Below are positions 14,862 through 23,000 of a stretch of DNA of 34,577 nt, in pieces. Each line of letters starts with the position of its first letter. Positions within the stretch are counted from its first letter, which is position 1. The stretch comes from Gemmatimonadota bacterium (GTDB lineage: Bacteria; Gemmatimonadota; Gemmatimonadetes; Gemmatimonadales; GWC2-71-9). A program made the position numbers and the translations under genes. The stretch is taken from positions 1 through 34,577 of the forward strand of contig QHVD01000026.1 in the NCBI GenBank assembly GCA_003222235.1, in the 5' to 3' direction. Under the pieces are notes generated by a model. The model did no database searches. It was not told the origin of the DNA and worked only from the letters and a program-made list of their open reading frames with translations.

Positions 14862-15125
14862 AGGCCTGACAGGCTTCGGGCGCTAAATGTGCCGCAACGG
14901 GTGGAGGTGGAGCTGGACGAACGCGGGGTGCCGGCGTTCGTGAAACCGAAGACGGGAAACGGGAAACGGATCGAGTCCATCGGCGAGACCTGGCGCATCG
15001 ACGACGAGTGGTGGCGACGACCGATCTCGCGTCGCCATGTCGAGGCGATCCTGGAGAGGGGTAAGCGGGTGGTGCTGTTCGAGGATCTGATGACGGCCGA
15101 GTGGTGGATGCAGATGCCGACATAA
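14832..15125 (+). CDS. Stand-alone ImuB C-terminal domain (split from imuB)
   Basis: LNVPQRVEVELDERGVPAFVKP...IGETWRIDDEWWRRPISRRHVEAILERGKRVVLFEDLMTAEWWMQ matches my recollection of the ImuB C-terminal block (ERIxxEWW...RDY...LFRD...WFLHG). GTG 14832 overlaps the imuB TAG as TAGTG. Alternative starts are ATG 14853 and GTG 14889. Confidence 0.6.
   Translation: MRNAECGMRNRPDRLRALNVPQRVEVELDERGVPAFVKPKTGNGKRIESIGETWRIDDEWWRRPISRRHVEAILERGKRVVLFEDLMTAEWWMQMPT
14952..14970. repeat. AACGGGA-family heptamer array (about 2.5 units) inside the ImuB C-terminal ORF
   Basis: gacgggaaacgggaaacgga encodes KTGNGKR. The same family occurs at 17674-17708. Confidence 0.7.
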
Positions 15126-15126
15126 C

Positions 15127-15194
15127 GCGGCATTCGGAATGCGGCAGCGAAGCCCGACCTTCGATTCCGCATTCCGCACTCCGCATTCCGCACT
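15127..15194. repeat. Hairpin-type heptamer element between the ImuB-C ORF stop and the dnaE2 ATG (degenerate left arm, palindromic spacer, perfect 31-mer right arm)
   Basis: The element reads gcggcattcggaatgcggcag - cgaagcccgaccttcg - attccgcattccgcactccgcattccgcact. It ends one base before ATG 15195. Confidence 0.9.
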
Positions 15195-18100
15195 ATGTAT
15201 ATCGAACTTCACTGCCACTCCGCCTTCTCGTTCCTCGACGGCGCCTCACTCCCCGAGCAGCTCGCGCTCACGGCCGCGCAGCTCGGCTACCCGGCGTTGG
15301 CGCTCACCGATCACAACGGCCTGTACGGCTCGATGGCGTTCGCACAGGAGGCGAAGCACCTCGGCCTGCAGGCGATCACCGGCTCGGAAGTGACGCTGCT
15401 CGACGGCTCGCACGTGACGCTGCTCGCCGAAACGCCCGAGGGGTACGCGAACCTGTGCCGGCTGATCACCGAAGCACATCTGGGCCGTGTCGACCGCCGC
15501 GACCCGCGACTCGACTTCGCTTCGCTCGAGCGGCGGCACGAGGGGCTCGTCGTACTCTCCGGCTGCCGCGCCGGACTGCTCGCAACCGTGCTCGAGAAGG
15601 AAGGCCGCGCCGCCGCCCGGAGGCTGCTTGAGCGCTGCCGTGCCGAGTTCGGGAAGGAGAGCTTCTTCGTCGAGCTCCAGCGCAACCTGGTCCGCGGCGA
15701 TCGCGACCTTACGCGCGCACTCTGCGATCTCGCGGATCGCGTACAACTTGGCGTCGTAGCGACGGGGAACGTGCACTATCACACGCGCGAGCGGCATCGG
15801 CTGCACGACGTGCTCGTCGCGATCCGGCACCGCGCGACGCTCGACGGCTCGCACGACGTGCGGCGACCGAACAGCGAGTTCTCCCTGCGGCCGCCCCAGG
15901 AGGTCGCGGCGCTCTTCTCCGATCGGCCCGACGCGGTCGCGAACACCGGCGTGATCGCCGAGCGCTGCGGGACGTTCGACCTGACGCGCGACCTCGGCTA
16001 CGTCTTTCCCGACTTCCGTGGCGCAGGCCGGACGTCCGCCCCGCAGGCCCTGGCCGAGCTGTGCCGCACGAGGCTAGAGGAGCGCTATCCCCCGGGTTCC
16101 GCCCACCGGGACGAGGCCGAGCGGCGCCTCGAGCAAGAGCTGGCGCTCATCGAGCGCCATCGACTCAGCGGGTTCTTCCTGGTCTATCACGACCTCTTCG
16201 ACCTGGCCCGCGAAGTGGCGGCGGATGTGCGCCGGGGTACCCGGCGGGCCCACGGGAACCTGCTCCCCGGCCGCGGCCGCGGCTCGTCGGTGTCGTCCAT
16301 CGTATGCTACCTGCTCGGCCTGTCGCACATCGACCCGGTCGCGAACCGGCTGTTCATCGGGCGATTTCTCAACGAGACCCTCGCGTCGGTGCCCGACATC
16401 GATCTCGACTTCCCGCGCGAGATCCGCGAGGAGCTGATCCGCCGGGTCTACAGGCGCTACGGCGACGAGCACGTCGGGCTCGTCTGCTCGTTCCCCACCT
16501 ACCGGCTCCGCTCGGCGGTGCGAGAGATCGGCAAGGCGCTGGATCTGCCGCTGGGAGAGATCGAGCAGACGGCGAAACTGGCGGACCGGCGGTCGGGCGG
16601 GGGCGGACTGGCGGACGAGTTGGACCAGCTCCCGGGCTTCGAGGGACGGCGCACGGCCCCGCTCTGGAAAGAGCTTTGCGAGCTGGCCGAGGAGATCACG
16701 GGGCTGCCCCGCCACGTGTCGCAGCACGTCGGCGGGATGATCATCTCGAGCCGGCCTCTCGTCGAGCTCGTGCCGCTCGAGCGCGCGGCGATGGAGGACC
16801 GCGTCGTGTGCCAGTGGGACAAGGACTCCTGCGACGACGCGCGCTTCATCAAGATCGATTTTCTCGCGCTCGGCATGTTGTCGCTGGTGGAGGAGTGCGT
16901 CGAGCTGGTCGCCGCGGGCACGGGGACGCCGCCCGACCTCTCCCGCATTGATTTCGATGACCCCGCGGTCTACGACCGCATCTGCCGCGGCGACACCGTG
17001 GGGCTGTTCCAGATCGAGAGCCGCGCGCAGATCCAGATGATCCGCCGCACCCGGCCGAAGAACCTCGAAGACTTGGCCGTCGAGGTGGCGATCGTGCGGC
17101 CGGGGCCGATCGTGGGCGGCGCCGTGAACCCGTACGTGCGCCGCCGTGAGGCGCAGCGCCGCGCCGAAGCCGAGGGGCGCCGCTACGAGCCGCCGGTGGA
17201 CCACCCGCTCCTGAAGCCCGTGCTGGCGGAGACGCTGGGCGTGATTCTCTATCAGGACCAGGTGTTGCAGGTGTGCCAGGCGCTGGCCGGGTTCACGACC
17301 GGGCAGGCCGAGGCGCTGCGCCGCGCGATGAGCCGCCGGCGCAGCCGCGAGCTGATGGCGGGGTTCTGGGAGGAGTTCAAGGACGGGGCGGCGGCGCGCG
17401 GGGTCCCCGAGTCCGTCGCGCAGCGCGTGTTCACGCAGGTGATCGCGTTCTCCGAGTTCGGATTCCCCAAGTCCCATGCGGCGGCGTTTGGGCTGCTCGC
17501 CTACCAGTCGGCGTGGCTCCGGCACTATCACCCAGTCGAGTATTACTGCGCGCTCTTCAACAACCAGCCGATGGGGTTCTACTCGCTCGACGTGCTCGGG
17601 CGGGACGCGCAGCGCAACGGCATCGAGATCCGGCTCCCGGACGTGAACCGGAGCGACGTGTGGTGCACCATAGAACGGGAAACGGGAAACGGGAAACGGG
17701 AAACGGGGGCGGTGCGGGTGGGGCTCGGGTTCGTCCGTGACTGGAGCGAGGAGACGGCGACCGCCGTCGTGACCGAGCGCGAGCGCAACGGCCCGTTCCG
17801 GAGCGTCGGCGAGCTCGTGCGCCGCGCGCCTCCCAAGCTCAAGCGCAGCGCGATCGAGAACGTCGTGTGGGTGGGCGGGTGCGACGGCTTCGGTCTCACA
17901 CGGCGCGAGCTGTTGTGGCAGATAGGGCTGTGGCTCCCGCCCCGGGAGGAGCGCGGCGGTGACGCACGCGGCCGGCGCCAGCTCGAGCTCGCGCTCAACC
18001 ACCCGCACGAGCACTTGCGCTTCGGCGGCCTGGAGCCGGGCGAGCGGATGCTCGCCGAATACGCGGTGTTGGGGTTCGCGGTGAGCGGCCACCCGCTCGA

Positions 18101-18527
18101 GCTGCTACGCCAGGCGCTGCCGCGCGGGATGGCGAAGAGCGACGCGCTCCCGCGGCTCGAACACGGGACATGGGTCGAGGTGGCGGGCCTCGTGGTCGCG
18201 CGCCAGCGTCCCGAAACGGCGAAGGGGTTCATCTTCGTGCTGCTGGAGGACGAGGCGGGGATGGTGAACGTCATCGTACGGCCGGACGTATTCCAGCAGC
18301 ACCGCGCCGCGATCCGCGGCGAGCCGTTCCTGTGGGTGCGGGGGAAGCTCGCGAAGGACGACGGGACGGTGAACGTGGTGGCGGAGGAGGTGCGGGGACT
18401 CAGACTGAATGCGGAATGCGGAGTGCGGAATGCGGAATCGACGGGCGAGCCCACCATTCCCCATTCACCGTACGCCTTCCTGAAGACGATGCGCCGGGTG
18501 GCGCCGGAATCGAAGGATTGGGGCTAG
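15195..18527 (+). CDS. dnaE2: Error-prone DNA polymerase III alpha-like subunit DnaE2 (ImuC)
   Basis: The PHP domain reads YIELHCHSAFSFLDGASLPEQL...LALTDHNGLYG. Pol III alpha core blocks include GRGSSVSSIVCYLLGLSHIDP, DIDLDF, FQIESRAQ and RPGPIVGG. The protein is 1110 aa and lies downstream of imuB. Confidence 0.95.
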   Translation: MYIELHCHSAFSFLDGASLPEQLALTAAQLGYPALALTDHNGLYGSMAFAQEAKHLGLQAITGSEVTLLDGSHVTLLAETPEGYANLCRLITEAHLGRVDRRDPRLDFASLERRHEGLVVLSGCRAGLLATVLEKEGRAAARRLLERCRAEFGKESFFVELQRNLVRGDRDLTRALCDLADRVQLGVVATGNVHYHTRERHRLHDVLVAIRHRATLDGSHDVRRPNSEFSLRPPQEVAALFSDRPDAVANTGVIAERCGTFDLTRDLGYVFPDFRGAGRTSAPQALAELCRTRLEERYPPGSAHRDEAERRLEQELALIERHRLSGFFLVYHDLFDLAREVAADVRRGTRRAHGNLLPGRGRGSSVSSIVCYLLGLSHIDPVANRLFIGRFLNETLASVPDIDLDFPREIREELIRRVYRRYGDEHVGLVCSFPTYRLRSAVREIGKALDLPLGEIEQTAKLADRRSGGGGLADELDQLPGFEGRRTAPLWKELCELAEEITGLPRHVSQHVGGMIISSRPLVELVPLERAAMEDRVVCQWDKDSCDDARFIKIDFLALGMLSLVEECVELVAAGTGTPPDLSRIDFDDPAVYDRICRGDTVGLFQIESRAQIQMIRRTRPKNLEDLAVEVAIVRPGPIVGGAVNPYVRRREAQRRAEAEGRRYEPPVDHPLLKPVLAETLGVILYQDQVLQVCQALAGFTTGQAEALRRAMSRRRSRELMAGFWEEFKDGAAARGVPESVAQRVFTQVIAFSEFGFPKSHAAAFGLLAYQSAWLRHYHPVEYYCALFNNQPMGFYSLDVLGRDAQRNGIEIRLPDVNRSDVWCTIERETGNGKRETGAVRVGLGFVRDWSEETATAVVTERERNGPFRSVGELVRRAPPKLKRSAIENVVWVGGCDGFGLTRRELLWQIGLWLPPREERGGDARGRRQLELALNHPHEHLRFGGLEPGERMLAEYAVLGFAVSGHPLELLRQALPRGMAKSDALPRLEHGTWVEVAGLVVARQRPETAKGFIFVLLEDEAGMVNVIVRPDVFQQHRAAIRGEPFLWVRGKLAKDDGTVNVVAEEVRGLRLNAECGVRNAESTGEPTIPHSPYAFLKTMRRVAPESKDWG
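17674..17708. repeat. Tandem heptamer array (AACGGGA)x5 inside dnaE2, read in frame
   Basis: gaacgggaaacgggaaacgggaaacgggaaacgggg encodes ERETGNGKRETG. Confidence 0.9.
18408..18470. repeat. 31-mer heptamer element (30/31 to 14831-14861) plus a degenerate inverted arm, in frame near the dnaE2 3' end
   Basis: aatgcggaatgcggagtgcggaatgcggaat (18408-18438) is followed by cgacgggcgagcccacc and then attccccattcaccg. It encodes [21 protein letters not shown]. Confidence 0.85.
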
Positions 18528-18560
18528 CTTTCCAGATAGACTTATAGAGGGAGGTTCTGG

Positions 18561-19109
18561 ATGCCGCAGCACGAAGTTGCGACGCTCGCCGGCGGGTGCT
18601 TCTGGTGCCTCGAGGCCGCGTTCGCGCAGCTAAAGGGCGTAGAGCGGGTCGAGTCGGGCTACTCGGGCGGTCACGTGCCGAGCCCGAGCTACGAGGACGT
18701 GTGCACGGGATCGACCGGGCACGCCGAGGTCGTGCAGATCACGTTCGACCCCCAGGTATTGCCGTTCCGCGACCTGCTCCACGTCTTCTTCACGATCCAC
18801 GACCCGACCACGCCCGACCGCCAGGGAGGGGACGTCGGCACGCAATACCGCTCAGCGATCTTCTATCACACGCCGGAGCAGAAAGCCGAGGCCGGGCAGG
18901 TCATCGCGGAGCTCGAAGCCGAGAAAGTCTGGGACGATCCGATCGTGACCCAAGTGACGCCGCTCGAGAAGTTCTATCCGGCGGAGGAGTACCACCGCGA
19001 TTACTACCGCCGCAACCCGAACCAGGGCTACTGCCGCGCGGTGATCGCGCCGAAGGTCGCGAAGGTCCGCAAGCTCTACCTCGACAAGCTCAAACAGCCG
19101 GTGGCTTGA
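18561..19109 (+). CDS. msrA: Peptide-methionine (S)-S-oxide reductase MsrA
   Basis: Motifs GGCFWCLEAAF, GYSGG and HAEVVQITFDP. A GGGAGG RBS precedes the ATG. Confidence 0.95.
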   Translation: MPQHEVATLAGGCFWCLEAAFAQLKGVERVESGYSGGHVPSPSYEDVCTGSTGHAEVVQITFDPQVLPFRDLLHVFFTIHDPTTPDRQGGDVGTQYRSAIFYHTPEQKAEAGQVIAELEAEKVWDDPIVTQVTPLEKFYPAEEYHRDYYRRNPNQGYCRAVIAPKVAKVRKLYLDKLKQPVA

Positions 19110-19119
19110 GCGAGCGGTA

Positions 19120-20034
19120 TCACGGTTGGGGGCTTGCTGGCACGGCGATCGCCCCCGTCGGCCATTCACCGTCGAGGAAGCGCCGCATTGCCGCCAGGAC
19201 CGGCTCGGGTTGCTCAACGTAGAGCGCATGTCCCGCGCCGGGGAACATCATCAACCGCGCATTGGGCATTCGCTCGGCCCACACCCGCGCCCCTTCCGGC
19301 GGCGCGATGAGATCCCGATCGCCGTGCATCACGAGGGCCTCGGCCGTGATCGAGCCGGCCTGGTCCCGGAAGTCCCACTCGCCCAGCGACCGATCCACGT
19401 GACCATACCACGCAAATAGCTGCTCCGGTCGCTCGTTCGGCAGATCGCAGAAGTCCACCGGGAAACGATCGGCGAGCGCCGGGTCACCCACGTACACCGG
19501 TGCGTTCGCCCTCCAAAACCGGCGGCAAAAGCCCTCCGGGTCGCGCTTGCTCGCACCCGACTGGAGCAGGCGGGCGACCTCCTGCGCGGCCGGCGTCCTG
19601 ACTCGGAGCGCCTTCTCGGGGGGGTTGTAGGAGCGGCCGAGAGCCGCGGAAGGCGCCATAGCGCCGAGCGCAACCAGTCGACTGACACGGTCTGGGTGCT
19701 CCGCCGCGTACACCGCCGCGATCGCGCCGACGTAGGAAAAGCCCACGAGCGCCATGCGCTCGAGTCCGAAGTGGCGTCGCACCGCCTCGACGTCGGTGAG
19801 GTCGTGCGTGATGCCGATCCGCGCGGGGTCGCGCACCGCGTCCGAGCGGCCGCGACCGCGCAGATCGTAGAAAATCAGGCGCTGGCCGTCGGCGAGCGGC
19901 CCGAGCGGGCCCGCGAGGTAGACGGCAAGGGGAACGACGACCGCCTGGGAACCGCTGCCGCAGAGCTGGTAATGGAGGCGCAGGCCCTCTTCGGCCGGTA
20001 GCCAGCCCTCCGAGCGGGCGGCCCCACGCATCAT
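19120..20034 (-). CDS. Alpha/beta-fold hydrolase (proline-iminopeptidase-like)
   Basis: The oxyanion region reads [10 protein letters not shown]. The nucleophile elbow reads [34 protein letters not shown] and GAGH lie near the C-terminus. The ATG overlaps the lhr stop as ATGA. Confidence 0.8.
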   Translation of the reverse strand: MMRGAARSEGWLPAEEGLRLHYQLCGSGSQAVVVPLAVYLAGPLGPLADGQRLIFYDLRGRGRSDAVRDPARIGITHDLTDVEAVRRHFGLERMALVGFSYVGAIAAVYAAEHPDRVSRLVALGAMAPSAALGRSYNPPEKALRVRTPAAQEVARLLQSGASKRDPEGFCRRFWRANAPVYVGDPALADRFPVDFCDLPNERPEQLFAWYGHVDRSLGEWDFRDQAGSITAEALVMHGDRDLIAPPEGARVWAERMPNARLMMFPGAGHALYVEQPEPVLAAMRRFLDGEWPTGAIAVPASPQP

Positions 20035-23000
20035 TCGCGCAGTGAGGCCGGCCGGGGGCGGGGGCGGGGGCGGGTCTTTCCGAGATAGGTCCGCACCAGG
20101 GGCGCCACCCGGCGCTGGACCAACGCGGTCCTGATCTGTTGCTCTGCTTCTGGGCTAGCCTCGACCAGTAACTGCACGCCGCGCCCTTCGCCTTCCTGGA
20201 TCGCGATCGGGATGCCGTCGCGATAGAGCACGTGGTTCGTCGCGACCGCGGGCAGCGGGTTCCCGGCCGTGAGAATGCCGACGAGATTGAGCGGATCCGC
20301 CCCGCTCACCGCGACGAGCTCGCCGCTCGGGTCCTGGCGTCGCACGGAGCGGAGCAGTCCCACCGCCTCTGCAAGCGCGTACTGCTCGCCCGAGAACCCC
20401 GCGACGAAGCGGCCGCCGCGGATCTCGCCGCGCGCCTCGAGCCGGCGGTAGGCCCGCAGGACGTCCCGCCACGGCGGCAGCGGGGATTCACGCGTCACGA
20501 GCCGCCGGAAGACTACGCCGTAGCGTCGGAGCAGCTGCCGGGCGACGGCTTCCGCGACCTGGTCTTCCGGCAAGAGCGTCGACCGCGGCACGCGCGACCA
20601 CCGGCCGGCGGTCTCGACCCCGAACGGCGCGACCTTGCCGTGGCGGCGGAACCCGCCGATCGGCCGGCGCCGGTCGGATGGGACCAGCAGCGCCCGCAGC
20701 CCCGCGAAGCTGTCCGAGGTGACGAGCCCCCAGGCCACGAGCTCGCCGAGGCCCTTCTCGACCTCGGTCCGCAACAGTCCCGTCGCGCTCACGAGATCGC
20801 CGAAGAACGATGCGCCGCGCCGATCGAGCGCGTCGAGTAGCGCCCGCGCCGCGTGCGACAGAGGCAGCTCCCCGGACTCGGGGCTCACCGCGAGCGATCG
20901 CCACACGTCTCCTCGCTCCCGTCGAAACAGCGCGACGGGCGTCGAGCGGACGGGTCCAGCCTTGCGACCCCCCCCACCCCCCCCGCCCCCCCCACCGTTC
21001 AGGATGGTGCGCGGCGCCACTGCGGCGAGCCTCCCCCAGGCGATCTCCCCCGACAGGCAGAGCCCGTCGAGCCACAGGGGATCGTACTCCCGCAACCGCG
21101 CCGGCAGCACGTCCGTCTCCCACGCGCCAGCGGCAACCTCGCACCCGTCGAGCAGGTCGAGCACCGCCGCGAGCCCCTCGGGTCCCTCGGCGCGGGATTC
21201 GTCTGCAACCCGCTGCCACTGGAAGAGGAAGCGGGTGAAGTCGGCGGCGGTGACCGGCTCGATCTCCTTGCGCAGCCGGTCCAGGGTGTAGCGATGAATG
21301 CGGGCGAGGAGGCGGCGCTCGCACCACTCCAGCTCGCTCGTGCCGGGGGTGAACCGGCCGCGCAGCACGAACCCTTCGTGCTCGAGCGCGCCGAGGGCGA
21401 AGTCCACGTCGGCTACCGGCACGCCGAGCGCCGTCGCGACCGCCGCCGCCGTCGTCGGCCCGACAACCTCGAGCCGGCCCCGCACGAGCTCCCGCAGGGC
21501 GTCCTCGCGCGTCCAGCTCCTCGCCCGCTCGCGCTCGGGCGGCGTGAGCGCCGGCTCGCAGCGCGCGCCCGGGAACACCGCCGCGAGCATCGGCAGGCGC
21601 TCGGCCGCAAGCCACAGTCCTGCGCCCGCCTGAAGCACGCCGGCCCGCCCGGCCTGGACGAGCTGCCCGAAATACCCCTGCCACTCCGCATTCCGCACTC
21701 CGCATTCCGCACTCGGGAGGGCACCGGTGACCAGCAACGCATCGTGCAGCTCGTCCGCGGAGCTGACGTCGGGCCAAGCTTCGTCCTTCACCCGGTCGAT
21801 CGCCGCCTGGTCGAGCTTGCCGAGCTCGTCCGCCGTCTTCACGTCGAGCCCGCGGCGGGTGATCACGGCCTGGGTGCGGCGCTCCTCCAGCGGGGCGTCG
21901 TCCAGGAACGCGTACGGCTTCGCGTTCAGCGCCTCGTGCGACAGGGGCGACGGCTCCGCCGTGTCGCGCGCGACGAGCGCGAAGCGCCCCGCCTCCATCT
22001 CCTCGAGCACGCGCTTGAGTCCCGGGAAGTCCATCGCCTCGAGCAGGCAGTCCTCGATCGTCTGCTTCACGAGCGGATGGTCGGGGATCTCCCGGTCGCC
22101 CACCAGGTTCTCGGGGCAGGCGAGCTGATCGGGAAAGATCGCCGCGACCAGGTCTTCGGCCTCCATCCGCTGCAGCGGGGTGGGCACCTTCTTCCCACCG
22201 CGCTGGCGCAGCACGGCAAGTGCCCGGGTGGCGTTCCAGCGCCAGCGTGACTGGAACATCGGCGCGTCGAGCATCGCCTGGACGAGCAGCCCCTCGACCG
22301 TCGCGGGCTTCAAGTACTGGAATACGTCCTCGAGCGGGAAGCTGTGCTGAGGCCCGAGCGAGAGGACGATCGCATCCTCGGTCGCCGCGGCCTGCAGCTC
22401 GAAATTGAAGCTGCGGCAGAAGCGCTTCCGCAGGGCGAGCCCCCAGGCCCGGTTGACCCGGCTCCCGAACGGCGCGTGCAGCACGAGCTGCATCCCGCCT
22501 GCCTCGTCGAAGAACCGCTCGACCACGATCGTCTGCTGCGTCGGGATCACGCCGAGGATCTGCTTCGAGGCAGCGAGATACTCGACCATCTGGCGCGCGG
22601 CGGGCTCCGGGAGCCCCGGGATCTCGCGACCCACCCACGCCACGGCCGACTGGGGATCCGCGAGCCGATCGGAGATGTCCTGGCGCAGCCGCGACACGGC
22701 CTCCGACAGCTCCGCCGTGCGCGCCGGCGCCTCGCCGACCCAGAACGGGATGGACGGCGGCTGCCCCTGCGCGTCCACGACCCGCACCTGGCCCGACTCG
22801 ATCTTGCGAATGAGATAGGAGGTGTTGCCGAGCTGGAAGACGTCGCCCGGCATGCTCTCGATCGCGAAGTCCTCGTTGAGCGTGCCGACGAACGTGTCGG
22901 TGGGCTCGAGCACCACCCGGTAGTCGCCGATGTCGGGGATGGCCCCTCCCGACGTTATCGCCGCGAGTCGGGCGCCGCGACGGGCCCGCAGCCGGCCGTT

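Noticed and set aside
13931-15194. Heptamer arrays interpreted as a CRISPR array
   Set aside because: The repeat units are 7 nt in tandem (31-nt blocks), not 25-40-nt repeats separated by unique spacers of similar size. The copies occur in both orientations and inside CDSs, and no cas genes are present.
14831-15194. Invertible DNA switch that restores full-length imuB
   Set aside because: Inverting 14862-15163 between the perfect inverted repeats would leave the TAG at 14830-14832 in place and put the C-terminal-domain ORF antisense. Inversion therefore cannot rejoin the gene. Inversion itself remains untested.
16074-18092. 672-aa minus-strand ORF, along with 20488-22638, 22344-24512, 20853-22250 and 29402-31237
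   Set aside because: All lie antisense to, or out of frame within, strongly supported genes (dnaE2, lhr, the DEAH helicase). All have Arg/Pro/Gly-dominated compositions with no motifs.
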